Positions 41,053 to 49,995 of a stretch of 64,000 bases of DNA are shown in pieces (the stretch's first letter is position 1; each line of letters opens with the position of its first letter). The position numbers and the translations under genes are program-made. This DNA is from Acidimicrobiales bacterium (lineage in GTDB: Bacteria; Actinomycetota; Acidimicrobiia; Acidimicrobiales; Bog-793). The DNA lies in contig DATLRJ010000138.1 in assembly GCA_035534715.1 (NCBI GenBank), positions 37,266 to 101,265 on the forward strand. The letters run 5' to 3'. Below the pieces are notes generated by a model, which did no database searches, was not told the DNA's origin, and saw only the letters and a list, made by a program, of their open reading frames with translations.

Positions 41053-42678
41053 CTAGAGCCGTACGTCGAGAAGTCGGTGTGTCGAAGCGCTGCGCGCGCC
41101 GGTCGCGGCGAACGCCGGCGCGGCTGGCGCGGCCGTGACGGTCGAGGTGTCCGGACGCGCCGGCGGGACGCCGGCGGGCTGGCCGGATCCACCGCCAGGA
41201 TCGCGGTAGGTGGACGCGAATGCGCCGGAGCCCGTGTCCCCGAGGAGCACCGTCGTGCTTTGGCTTCCCTGCGCGAGGCCGCTCTGCAGGTCCGGGAGGG
41301 ACGATCGCAGTGCGCTCGCGCCGGCGTCCGTCGTCGCGACGAGTCGGACGGTCACCTGGTCGGCGGTGACCGTGAGCGTCGCCCGCACGTCGCCGAGCTC
41401 GACCGGGTGCAGCACGATGGTCATCACCTGGGTTCCCGTGACGGTCGTACGCAGGGGCGAGAGCACGGACACGATCTGGCTCGCGACGCCCGGCAGCTGT
41501 TGGGCGCCGGTGACCGACGGTGCGTCCGCACGCCCCGTCCCGGATGCCGCTGCGGGTGACGCCGGGGCGACGGCAGCACCGTTCGCGACCGACGCCATCG
41601 CCGCCGACCCGTGCAAAGGCGAGTCCGCGCCATCCACGCCGTGGGTGGCCGGGTTCGCCGCCGCCGCCGCCGCCGGCGTCGCGGCGGTTGCGGCCGACGC
41701 GTGAGGGGAGGTCGGGGGCCGGCCCGCGGTCTGCGTGCGAGAGGTCCCGTCCGCGACCTGGGGTGCGGCCGGCGTGGGGGCCGAGGCCGCGCCCGCCGCG
41801 CTCGCGGTCGTGGTCGCGCCGAGCGACGTCGTGACCGCGGGGGTGCCCTGGCGCGCCCCGGCGCCGACGCGGGGAGGCGTGCCGCCCGGAAGGGGAGCCG
41901 CAGCCGCGCCTGCCTGCGTCGGCGCCGTCTCGCCACTGGTCGATTCCCCCGGTGCGGTTGCGCCTGTCGGTGTGGACGTAGCGCTGCTCCCGACGGTGGT
42001 CCCGGCCGGGCCTCGGGCGCCGGTGCGCGCGTCGGGCGCTCCGCTCGCGCCGGCGGTCGTGTCCGCGCCGGTGCCCCGCGGTGCGACCGCCGCCCGCGTG
42101 GTCGTGGCCGCGGCGACCGCCCCGACGCCAGCGGAAGCGGCCGAGGCGCCGCGGGGGTGGGACGCCGTCGCCGCGTTCGCCGCGTTCGCCGCGTGCGGCG
42201 CGGCTGCGGCGAGCGCGGCCGCCGAGACGCTCATGGCCGCCGCCTGGTCGGCCGGCGGGCTCTGGCTGCCCGCCGCAGGCGGCGTCGCCGGGGCACCGTC
42301 GTGCTTCGTGGCAGCGCCGTTCGAGGCAGCACCGTTCGAGGCAGCGCTGTGCGGCGCCGTCGGCGCAGCCGGGCCGGCGGGCGCTCCGCCCGAGGCGGCG
42401 GCCGTGCCGGCCGTCGGGTTCTGGGCGGTCGTTGCGGGAGGCGCTGGCGTAGGGCCGGGAGTGCCGGACCGGGTGGTCACGCTCGCGGCCGCGAACGCGT
42501 CGGTGAAGCTCGGGCCGGACGCGTCCGCCGCCGGCGACCCGTGCGGCTGCCCGCCCCCGGGTGCGGTCACCTCGGGGCCGATGCTCTCGGTCGCGGGCGC
42601 GGCGATCATCGCGGCGCGGCTCACGCGCCGCGCCCTTCGCAGCACGGGCGGGACGACTGGGATGCGGTCACGAGCCAC
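41053..42678 (-). CDS. fliK: flagellar hook-length control protein FliK
   Basis: The protein is 541 aa; an alternative start lies at Met24, ~42609. An A/P/G/T-rich low-complexity region precedes a C-terminal Flg_hook-type domain (VMTIVLHPVELGDVRATLTVTADQVTVRLVATTDAGASALRSSLPDLQSGL). Confidence 0.7.
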   Translation of the reverse strand: MARDRIPVVPPVLRRARRVSRAAMIAAPATESIGPEVTAPGGGQPHGSPAADASGPSFTDAFAAASVTTRSGTPGPTPAPPATTAQNPTAGTAAASGGAPAGPAAPTAPHSAASNGAASNGAATKHDGAPATPPAAGSQSPPADQAAAMSVSAAALAAAAPHAANAANAATASHPRGASAASAGVGAVAAATTTRAAVAPRGTGADTTAGASGAPDARTGARGPAGTTVGSSATSTPTGATAPGESTSGETAPTQAGAAAAPLPGGTPPRVGAGARQGTPAVTTSLGATTTASAAGAASAPTPAAPQVADGTSRTQTAGRPPTSPHASAATAATPAAAAAANPATHGVDGADSPLHGSAAMASVANGAAVAPASPAAASGTGRADAPSVTGAQQLPGVASQIVSVLSPLRTTVTGTQVMTIVLHPVELGDVRATLTVTADQVTVRLVATTDAGASALRSSLPDLQSGLAQGSQSTTVLLGDTGSGAFASTYRDPGGGSGQPAGVPPARPDTSTVTAAPAAPAFAATGARSASTHRLLDVRL

Positions 42679-43720
42679 CTCCGACGATCTGCGTCACGGC
42701 CTGGATGTACGCTTGGGTCTGCGGGTAGGGGGGCACGCCGCCGTACTGCGCGACCGCTGCGGGTCCCGCGTTGTACGCCGCGAGTGCGAGCGGGGTGGAG
42801 CCGTACGTGCCGAGGTAGCCGGACAGGAGCTGCGCGGCGCCGTCGATGGCCTGGGCGGGGTCGAACGGGTTGACGCCGAGCCCGGCTGCGGTCGCCGGCA
42901 TGAGCTGCATGAGGCCCTGCGCACCCACGGTGCTCACCGCGTTCGGGTTGTAGCCGGACTCGACCTGAGCGACGGCTTCGAGCAGGCCGATCGGAACCCC
43001 GTAGCGACTCGCTGCGGCCGCGAAGAGCGGTGCGTACGCACTCGGAACGCTGGTCGGTCCTCCGCCCGAAGCCGTCGCCGCTCCCGTCGCGGCCGGGAGC
43101 ACCCGACGGATCGCGACCGGCGTGCCGACCGGCTGGATCGAGACGACGGTCCCGCTCTGCGGCGCGTCGATCATCAGGCCGTTGCCGATGTAGATGCCGA
43201 CGTGACCGGGCGACGCCGGCGTCCCGTCACTCCCGGCGTAGAAGACGAGGTCGCCGGGCTGTGCCTGGGCGAGAGTCGCGACGGCGGTCCCCGAGGTCGC
43301 CTGGAGCTCGCTCGTGCGCGGGAGCGCGACACCGAGCTGGCCGTAGACGTACTGGACGAGGCCGGAGCAGTCGAAGCCGGCCGGTGTCGAGCCGCCCCAC
43401 ACGTACGGGGTCCCCAGGTACCGTTCGGCGGTCGCGACGACGGTGCTCGCCGACGGCGCAGTGGCCGGGACCCCGGCGCCGGCGGGCGCGGGCGCGGGCG
43501 CGAATGTGCCGTACTGCGGCGTGACCGTGCCCCCGGAGGGCTGCGTCGCGCCGGCCGCGCCGCCGGCGGACGCGGGTCCCCCCGCGAGCACGGCCTGGGC
43601 CTCGGAGAACACGGATGCGAAGTCGCCGGTCGGGGCCGCCTGCTGCACCTGGCTCGCGAGACCGCTCATCGTGGCCTGCACGCTCGAGAGCCAGCCCTGG
43701 ATCGCCGCGAGGTCGCTCAT
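42668..43720 (-). CDS. flagellar-operon peptidoglycan hydrolase: NlpC/P60 endopeptidase + SLT lytic transglycosylase fusion
   Basis: The protein is 350 aa. The NlpC/P60 domain reads YLGTPYVWGGSTPAGFDCSGLVQYVY...GHVGIYIGNGLMIDAP. The SLT domain reads LLEAVAQVESGYNPNAVSTVGAQGLMQLMP...LALAAYNAGP. It forms an ATGA overlap with fliJ. Confidence 0.85.
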   Translation of the reverse strand: MSDLAAIQGWLSSVQATMSGLASQVQQAAPTGDFASVFSEAQAVLAGGPASAGGAAGATQPSGGTVTPQYGTFAPAPAPAGAGVPATAPSASTVVATAERYLGTPYVWGGSTPAGFDCSGLVQYVYGQLGVALPRTSELQATSGTAVATLAQAQPGDLVFYAGSDGTPASPGHVGIYIGNGLMIDAPQSGTVVSIQPVGTPVAIRRVLPAATGAATASGGGPTSVPSAYAPLFAAAASRYGVPIGLLEAVAQVESGYNPNAVSTVGAQGLMQLMPATAAGLGVNPFDPAQAIDGAAQLLSGYLGTYGSTPLALAAYNAGPAAVAQYGGVPPYPQTQAYIQAVTQIVGGGS

Positions 43721-44184
43721 CGCGGGGCGCGCGCGTGCGCGTCGGGCCCATCGGCCTCGCGATCCGCGACGTAGCGGGCGGTCACGATGTCGTCGACGGT
43801 CGCCACCTCCGCCCGTGCCTCGGCCGCGGCGTGCTCGGCCCGGCGGCGGTGGTCGAGCCTCTCGAGGATCTCGACGCGCCGCGCCGAGCCCTGCCAGGCG
43901 ATCTGTGACAGCGCGGCGTCCGTCGCGGCTGCCGCGACCGACCGGCGCGCGCCGTCGACCACAGAAGCGGCGAGCGAGGCCGCGTGCTGCTCGCTTCGCA
44001 GCTCCTCGACGGTCGCCGCGGAGGCGACGGACGCGACCGCGCGGTATCGGTCGGCCTGCGCGTCGCGTTCGAGGATGCGGGCGCGCAGCTCGAGGTTCGC
44101 GGACGCGAGCCGCGTGCGCGCCTGCTCCTCCTCCGCGCGCCGTAGGCGGAGCACCGCGGCCAACCGGAACTCGTAGCGCTTCAC
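43717..44184 (-). CDS. fliJ: flagellar export chaperone/stalk protein FliJ
   Basis: The protein is 155 aa from GTG 44184 (GTGA overlap with fliI). It is coiled-coil-like: YEFRLAAVLRLRRAEEEQARTRLASANLELRARILERDAQADRY. Its position after fliI supports the call. Confidence 0.65.
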   Translation of the reverse strand: MKRYEFRLAAVLRLRRAEEEQARTRLASANLELRARILERDAQADRYRAVASVASAATVEELRSEQHAASLAASVVDGARRSVAAAATDAALSQIAWQGSARRVEILERLDHRRRAEHAAAEARAEVATVDDIVTARYVADREADGPDAHARAPR

Positions 44185-45587
44185 GCGACGGCGCTCTCGG
44201 GCTGCGCGCCTGGCGCGACGGGCCATCCGACGGGGGTTGGGATCGTGGGCGCGTCGGGCGCGCCGGGGTTCGCGGCGGGTGCGAGGAGGCGTGCGAGGTG
44301 GCCCCACGACTCGGCGAGCGGCGAGGTGTCCGCGATGTCCTGGCAAAGGAAGAGCTCGATGCGGTCGCGAAGCTCGAGCGCGCGGTCGACGAGCACGTTG
44401 GTCCCGGACGCGTAGGCGCCGATCTCGACGAGGTCGCGTGCGTCGCGGTAGGCGGCGAGCAGGCGTCGCAGCTCGCGCGCGTTCGCGCGCTGCTCGGGCG
44501 TCGTGATGACCGACTCGACCCGCGAGATGGAGTCGAGGACCTCGATGCTCGGGAAGTGCCCGGACGTCGCGAGCCGGCGTGACAGCACGAGGTGCCCGTC
44601 GAGGATCGAGCGGGCCGCGTCCGCGATCGGCTCGTTCATGTCGTCGCCCTCGACGAGGACCGTGTACAGGCCGGTGATGCTCCCCCGCTCGGCCGCGCCC
44701 GCGCGCTCGAGCAGTCGCGGCAGCAGGGAGAACACCGACGGCGGGTAACCGCGCGTCGCGGGCGGCTCGCCCGCCGAGAGGCCGACCTCGCGCTGGGCCA
44801 TCGCGAATCGCGTGAGGCTGTCCATCATGAGCACGACGTCCATTCCCTGGTCGCGGAACCACTCCGCGATGCGGGTCGCGGTGAACGAGGCGCGGATGCG
44901 AACGAGCGCCGGCTGATCGGAGGTCGCGACCACGACGACCGACCGCGCAAGGCCGGCCGCGCCGAGGTCGCGCTGGATGAACTCGCTCACCTCCCGCCCG
45001 CGCTCGCCGATCAGCGCGAGGACGCAGACCTGCGCGTCCGTCCCCCGGGCGATCATCGACAACAGGCTCGACTTGCCGACGCCCGAGCCGGCGAAGATGC
45101 CGAGGCGCTGACCGCGGCCACAGGGGATCGTCGTGTCGATCGCCCGGACACCGAGGGAGAGCTGGCGGTCGACCATCTCCCGCTTGAGCGGGTGCGGGGG
45201 ATCCGCGTCGACGGAGACGGTCGCGAGGCCGTGCAGCGACGGCCCGTCGTCGATCGGGTTGCCGAGGCCGTCGAGCACGCGGCCGAGCAGCTCGCGGCCC
45301 ACGCGCACCGGCAGCGGGTGACCGAGCGACTCGACGACGTCCCCGTAGCGGACGCCTCGCAGCTCGCCGAGGGGCATGCACGCGAGGCGGTCGCCCTGGA
45401 CCGCGACGACCTCGGCGGCGAGGCTCGAGCCGTCCCGGCGGTTGATCACGACCGCGTCGGAGACCGCGGCCTCGATGCCCTCGACCTCGACGCGCAGGCC
45501 GACGAGACGTGTGACGCGACCGGTGCGCCGCGCGGCGGCGAGCGCGCGCAGGCTCGAGCGCATTCCCGGATCGCCCAGGATGCTCAC
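44181..45587 (-). CDS. fliI: flagellum-specific ATPase FliI
   Basis: The protein is 468 aa from GTG 45587 (GTGA overlap with fliH); an alternative ATG lies at 45563. The Walker A motif is GIFAGSGVGKSSLL, and the sequence MMDSLTRFA is present. Confidence 0.93.
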   Translation of the reverse strand: MSILGDPGMRSSLRALAAARRTGRVTRLVGLRVEVEGIEAAVSDAVVINRRDGSSLAAEVVAVQGDRLACMPLGELRGVRYGDVVESLGHPLPVRVGRELLGRVLDGLGNPIDDGPSLHGLATVSVDADPPHPLKREMVDRQLSLGVRAIDTTIPCGRGQRLGIFAGSGVGKSSLLSMIARGTDAQVCVLALIGERGREVSEFIQRDLGAAGLARSVVVVATSDQPALVRIRASFTATRIAEWFRDQGMDVVLMMDSLTRFAMAQREVGLSAGEPPATRGYPPSVFSLLPRLLERAGAAERGSITGLYTVLVEGDDMNEPIADAARSILDGHLVLSRRLATSGHFPSIEVLDSISRVESVITTPEQRANARELRRLLAAYRDARDLVEIGAYASGTNVLVDRALELRDRIELFLCQDIADTSPLAESWGHLARLLAPAANPGAPDAPTIPTPVGWPVAPGAQPESAVA

Positions 45588-46270
45588 GCCAGGACCTCGT
45601 CGTCGGGCCGGGTGCGCACTCGCTCGAGCGCGGCGCGGACCCGCTCGAGAGCCGGCCCGATCTGGGCGTCGATACGGCACGCTCCGACCTCGATGACGCA
45701 GCCGGTGAGCTCGAGGGAGGCGTCCGCGACGATCGAGACCGATCCGGTCGCGCCCAGCTCGGCGAGCTCCGCGCGCGTGAGCGGCGCGTCGGGGTGGAGA
45801 CGCACCCGGAGGTCCTCTCCCTCCGGCGCGAGCGCGAGCGCACGGCGGACGGCGGCACGAGCGGGGGAGTCGAGGTGCTCGAGCGCGTCGCCCACGAGCA
45901 CGCCGGCGAGCTCGAACGCGAGATCGACGGCCTCGCCGACGACCTCGTCGACGACCGCACGGCGGTCCCGGGCGACCTGCTCGCACGCGTGCTCGAGACG
46001 CGCACGTACCGCCTTCAGCGTCTCGTTGCGCTCGATCTCCGCGGCCAGGTTCGCGTCGGCGAGCGCGGCGAGGCGCCCCTCCGCGAAGCCAGCACGCCGC
46101 TCGTCGGCGAGGCGCTCGGCGGGAGTCGGGCCAGTCACGATCCGGTCGGTGTGACGCGTGTGGGCTACGACGGTTCCGTGCGGCGAGACGACGCGAGCGA
46201 CCGCGAGCTCCGCGCTCTGCGCCGCGCGCAGTACACGCCGCCCCCGGCCCGGCTCAGCCGACGAGCTCAT
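45584..46270 (-). CDS. fliH: flagellar assembly protein FliH
   Basis: The protein is 228 aa. Its position between fliG and fliI supports the call. The C-terminal FliH/YscL-like region reads LRVRLHPDA...CVIEVGACRIDAQIGPALERVRAAL. Confidence 0.7.
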   Translation of the reverse strand: MSSSAEPGRGRRVLRAAQSAELAVARVVSPHGTVVAHTRHTDRIVTGPTPAERLADERRAGFAEGRLAALADANLAAEIERNETLKAVRARLEHACEQVARDRRAVVDEVVGEAVDLAFELAGVLVGDALEHLDSPARAAVRRALALAPEGEDLRVRLHPDAPLTRAELAELGATGSVSIVADASLELTGCVIEVGACRIDAQIGPALERVRAALERVRTRPDDEVLA

Positions 46271-47258
46271 CGTTGCCTCGCTCGATCGTGATGGTCCCCG
46301 CGTCGGCGAGCGAGCGGACGAGCTTGACGATCGCGGCCTCTGCCCCCTCGACGACGGACAGGCGCTGCGGGCCGAGCGAGGTCATGTCCTCGAGGAGCTC
46401 CTCGGCCGCGCGCTCGGATATGTTGCGCGTGAACTTCTCGATGATGTGCTCGGGCTTGCCCTTCAGCGCGAGCGCCACGTTCTTCAGCACGACGGACCTG
46501 AGCACGGTCTGCAGCGTCGGATCGTCGAGCTGGACGACGTCGTCGAAGACGAACATCTCGTTGCGGATCTGCTCGGCGATCTCCGGGTCCCGCTCGTCGA
46601 GGTCCGCGAGGATCTGCTTCTCGGTCGCCTGGTCTGCGCTCGTGAGGATCCCGACGATCGTCGCGACGCCTTCGACCTCGGAGGTGCCCCCGCCCGACCG
46701 AGCGAAGGCGGAGAGCCGGTAGTCGAGCTCGGCGCCGACGCGGCGGATCACGTCCGGCGGCAGGGGGCCCATCTTCGCGACCCGGCGCGCGACCTCGGTC
46801 CGCAGGTCGTCCTCGAGACGCTCGACGACGCGAGCGGCGTGGTCGCGGTTGATGTGCGCGAGCACGACCGCGAGGAGTTGCGGGTGCTCCGCGGACATGA
46901 AGCCGACGATCTGGCTCGGCTCGATCCGGTTGATGAACGCGAGCGGGTGGTCCGCGACCACGGATTGCAGCTCGTCCATGATCTGTGCGGCGCGCGCCGA
47001 GCCGAGCCGCTCGCGCAGCAGCCGCTCCGCGATGTCGCTGCCACCCTGCCGGACGTCCGCGAGGGAGCCCGCGACGAGCACGAGCTCGTCGATGACCGAC
47101 TCGACGTCCTCGGTCGTCATCACCGGGAGGCGGGCGACCTGGGACATGAGCTCGATCACCTCGCTCTCGCTCATGTTCTTCAGCACCTTCGCTGCCCGGT
47201 CCTCGTCGAGCTGGGCGATGATGACCGCGGCCTGCTGGCTCTTCGTCAGCGACGTCAT
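46254..47258 (-). CDS. fliG: flagellar motor switch protein FliG
   Basis: The protein is 334 aa from ATG 47258 (ATGA overlap with fliF). It carries LTKSQQAAVIIAQLDEDRAAKVLKNMSESEV, MFVFDDVVQLDD and LALKGKPEHIIEKFTRNISERAAEELLEDM. Confidence 0.95.
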   Translation of the reverse strand: MTSLTKSQQAAVIIAQLDEDRAAKVLKNMSESEVIELMSQVARLPVMTTEDVESVIDELVLVAGSLADVRQGGSDIAERLLRERLGSARAAQIMDELQSVVADHPLAFINRIEPSQIVGFMSAEHPQLLAVVLAHINRDHAARVVERLEDDLRTEVARRVAKMGPLPPDVIRRVGAELDYRLSAFARSGGGTSEVEGVATIVGILTSADQATEKQILADLDERDPEIAEQIRNEMFVFDDVVQLDDPTLQTVLRSVVLKNVALALKGKPEHIIEKFTRNISERAAEELLEDMTSLGPQRLSVVEGAEAAIVKLVRSLADAGTITIERGNDELVG

Positions 47259-48796
47259 GACGGCTGGTGGAGCCAGTCGCGCAGCACGGACGCGACCTCC
47301 TCTGACTGCGCGTCCACGATGTCCTGGACGGTCGGACCGCTCCGGTGGTGCGCGGGCACGTACGGGATGGCGGGGAGCTCGCCGGTCGGCGGTTCGACGT
47401 GTGCCATGGGGGCGAGCTGGTCGAGAGCGAGGGAGTCGAGCAGTGCGTCGTTCGCGAGGGCAGCCTTGCGCGCCCGGCGCGACGCCCTCCAGAGCAGGAG
47501 CAGGATCACGAGCAGGAGGAGGAACGCAAGCCCGGGCTTGAGCGCCGTCGTGAGGATGCTCTTCTTCACGACGGGTGCCGCCGCGGTGCTCGTCGACTTG
47601 AACGGCGCGGCGCTGAAGCTCAGCACGTCGCCCCGCGACGCCTTGATGCCGGCGACCGCGGCGACCCCGGCCTGGAGCTGCGCGAGCGAGACACCCTTCG
47701 GGAGCGCCTTCGAGTTCACGAGCACCGCGATCGACTGGCTCGTGACACCCCCGGGTGCCTGCACGGTCGACTGCGTCTGCGTGCTCGTCTCGCACTGCTT
47801 GCTCGTGGATCCCTGCGTGTAGTTCCCGGTCCCGCCCGTCGCCGCTCCCGCCTGCACCCCGGCCGGGGTTCCGGTCCCCGTGTACTTCTCGCTCGACTGC
47901 TGGGTCGAGGTGCAGACGACCTCCGGCTTGCCGTTCTTGCCGTTCACGATCAGGTTCGATCGAGTGGAGACCTGGTCGAAGTTCAGCTGAGCGTTCACCT
48001 GGACGTCCGCGTTGCCGACGCCGAGGACCCCGGCGAGGTAGGCGCCGATCCGGGCTTGCACCGAGCTGTCGTACGCTGCCGACGCACTGCTCTGCGCCGC
48101 GCCCGTGTCGTTGACACCCGGTCCGGCGAGCAGGTTGCCGCTCGAGTCCGCGACGGTCACGGACGAGCGGCTGAGTCCGGGCACGGCCGACGCGGTGAGC
48201 GAGACGACGGCCTGGACCTGGCCGTAGGTGAGGCTGTGCCCGGGCTGGAGGTTGACGAGGACCGAGGCGCCGGTGGGCGTCGTGTTGCCGAGCGCGAAGG
48301 TCTGGTTCGCCGGCAGGGCGATGCTCACCTGGGTGCTCGTGACCCCGGAGATCGAGTCGATCGTCTGCTCGAGCTCACCCTGGAGCGCGCGGAGGTAGTC
48401 CGCCTGCTGGGTGAGCTGGGAGGTCGTGAGGCCTTCCTTGTCGAGGATGGACAGCCCGACCGTCGTCTGGGAGGGCAGGCCGGCGGCGGCCGCCGTGAGG
48501 CGCTGCTGGTCGACTTGGTTCTGCGGCACGAGGATCGTCGTGCCCCCGTCCTGCAGCTGGTACGGGACGTGGTTCGTCGCGAGCTGCTGGGTGATCGCGG
48601 ACGCGTCCGCCGGCTGGAGGTTCGTGAACAGCATCGCGTAGGTCGGCTTGCCGGACAGTGACATGAACACGACCGCCACGAGAACGACCGCGACCGCGGC
48701 GATGACGGTGACGACCTTCTGGCCGCGCGAGAAGCCGGACGCGAAGCGACGGGCGGTCTCCTTCATCCTGCTGGCGTCTGTTGGGATGATCGCCAT
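47255..48796 (-). CDS. fliF: flagellar MS-ring protein FliF
   Basis: The protein is 513 aa. It carries GKPTYAMLFTNLQPADASAITQQLATNHVPYQLQDGGTTILVPQNQV and C-terminal transmembrane and FliG-binding regions. Confidence 0.92.
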   Translation of the reverse strand: MAIIPTDASRMKETARRFASGFSRGQKVVTVIAAVAVVLVAVVFMSLSGKPTYAMLFTNLQPADASAITQQLATNHVPYQLQDGGTTILVPQNQVDQQRLTAAAAGLPSQTTVGLSILDKEGLTTSQLTQQADYLRALQGELEQTIDSISGVTSTQVSIALPANQTFALGNTTPTGASVLVNLQPGHSLTYGQVQAVVSLTASAVPGLSRSSVTVADSSGNLLAGPGVNDTGAAQSSASAAYDSSVQARIGAYLAGVLGVGNADVQVNAQLNFDQVSTRSNLIVNGKNGKPEVVCTSTQQSSEKYTGTGTPAGVQAGAATGGTGNYTQGSTSKQCETSTQTQSTVQAPGGVTSQSIAVLVNSKALPKGVSLAQLQAGVAAVAGIKASRGDVLSFSAAPFKSTSTAAAPVVKKSILTTALKPGLAFLLLLVILLLLWRASRRARKAALANDALLDSLALDQLAPMAHVEPPTGELPAIPYVPAHHRSGPTVQDIVDAQSEEVASVLRDWLHQPS

Positions 48797-48800
48797 CGGC

Positions 48801-49103
48801 TCAGAACGTCATGTCCATGATCGAGGTGAACGAGGAGATCGCGCGATTGAGGACGTCGGTGGTGATCTGGGTGTCGAGGGAGGCCTTGCTCGCGGCGATC
48901 ATCGTGTCGGCGAGGTTCCCCTGACCGGCGGCGGTCTGGGCCTCGGCGGAGGCGGCCGCGGACTGCGTGGACTGGAGCGCGTTGACCGCGTTCGACAGCA
49001 GCGAGGAGAACGCGTCGCCCCCGGACGCGGCGGTGGCGCCCGCCGCGGTCGGCGACGGGAGCGACGGGAGCGCGGGGACCGCGGGGATCGGCGCGATCGC
49101 CAT
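48801..49103 (-). CDS. fliE: flagellar hook-basal body complex protein FliE
   Basis: The protein is 100 aa from ATG 49103. It carries FSSLLSNAVNALQSTQ...DTMIAASKASLDTQITTDVLNRAISSFTSIMDM. Confidence 0.8.
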   Translation of the reverse strand: MAIAPIPAVPALPSLPSPTAAGATAASGGDAFSSLLSNAVNALQSTQSAAASAEAQTAAGQGNLADTMIAASKASLDTQITTDVLNRAISSFTSIMDMTF

Positions 49104-49104
49104 C

Positions 49105-49512
49105 TCAGCTGCCGATCGTGAGGCCGGACTGGTATGCGGCGATCGCATGGGTGAGGACGTTCGTGTCCGCCTGGTAGCCGGTCTGGGCCTGGATGAGGCC
49201 GACGAGCTGGTCAGAGATCGAGACGTTGGGGACGCGGACGTTGCCGTTCGCGTCCGCGAGGGGGTTGTTCGGCTCGTAGGCGAGCACACCGGCCGTGCTT
49301 CCCTCGACGACCGAGGCCTGGACGCCGTTTCCGGTCTGACCGGGAATCTGGGCGCCGACCGGGCTGAGCACGGCGGTCTGCTCGGCGTACACGGGCTTGT
49401 TCGTCGCGGCCGTGTCGTTCGCGTTCGCGATGTTGCCGCCGGCGGTGTCGATCCACGTCTGCATCGCGTCGACGCCCGAGCCCGCGATTCCGAGGGCGGA
49501 GAACAGGGTCAT
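49105..49512 (-). CDS. flgC: flagellar proximal rod protein FlgC
   Basis: The protein is 135 aa. It carries LGIAGSGVDAMQTWIDTAGGNIANANDT and the C-terminus LVGLIQAQTGYQADTNVLTHAIAAYQSGL. Confidence 0.9.
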   Translation of the reverse strand: MTLFSALGIAGSGVDAMQTWIDTAGGNIANANDTAATNKPVYAEQTAVLSPVGAQIPGQTGNGVQASVVEGSTAGVLAYEPNNPLADANGNVRVPNVSISDQLVGLIQAQTGYQADTNVLTHAIAAYQSGLTIGS

Positions 49513-49871
49513 GCGTAGCTACCTCCCGCTGCGCCTTGGATGAGGCGGAACTGCGCGTTCAGCGACTCGCTGATCGTCTGGTAGTGCAACGTGTCCGCCT
49601 GTGCCGCGACGAGCTCGTCGCTCAGTCGCACGTTGTTCCCGTTCGTCGCGGGGGTCGCGGAGGACGGCGCGGTCGTCGTCGTCGCGGTGCCCGGGCCGGG
49701 CAGGTCGAGCGCGTGCTGGAGGCTCGACTCGAAGCTGACCTCGGTCGCGGTGTAGTTCGGGGTCGCGCTGTTCGCGATGTTGTTGGCGACGGCGTTCTGC
49801 TGCGCGGTGACGCCGTCGATCGCGAATTGCAGGATGCCGATGATGCCGTCGCTCACGGACGCGCCTCTCAC
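49509..49871 (-). CDS. flgB: flagellar proximal rod protein FlgB
   Basis: The protein is 120 aa; an alternative GTG at 49856 lies after gagagg. It carries QQNAVANNIANSATPNYTATEVSFE and the C-terminus LHYQTISESLNAQFRLIQ. It is the first gene of the long operon. Confidence 0.85.
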   Translation of the reverse strand: MRGASVSDGIIGILQFAIDGVTAQQNAVANNIANSATPNYTATEVSFESSLQHALDLPGPGTATTTTAPSSATPATNGNNVRLSDELVAAQADTLHYQTISESLNAQFRLIQGAAGGSYA

Positions 49872-49995
49872 GGGTTCGCTCAGGGGCGCGTGCCGCGACC
49901 CTCATGGGCCCGTCCGTGGGCTACGTCAGCGGAGCAGTCCTAGCCACCGCTGGCGTACCCAACGGCACCGGTGCCGCGATGTTGAGCGATTTCGC

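Noticed and set aside
41611-43774. Plus-strand ORFs of 420 and 679 aa across fliK and the hydrolase gene.
   Set aside because: They are antisense to well-supported flagellar genes. Their composition-driven Arg/Gly/Ala repeats carry no motifs.
43717-46005. ORF-track lengths of 762 aa (fliJ frame), 601 aa (fliI), 513 aa (fliG), 584 aa (fliM), 437 aa (fliQ), 858 aa (methyltransferase), 912/751 aa (rfbH/rfbG) and 1243 aa (GT4-GT2), taken as real protein sizes.
   Set aside because: The upstream parts run through the preceding gene in another frame and translate to Arg/Pro-rich junk. The conserved protein sequence always begins at an ATG, GTG or TTG that forms a 4-nt overlap with the upstream stop, so I trimmed to those starts.
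49963-49976. A perfect 14-bp palindrome, cggcaccggtgccg, between the merR stop and flgB. It could be an operator or terminator controlling the flagellar operon.
   Set aside because: It is too short and has no loop for a convincing terminator. There is no second copy and no adjacent -35/-10 elements. I could not connect it to any regulator, so it is noted only.
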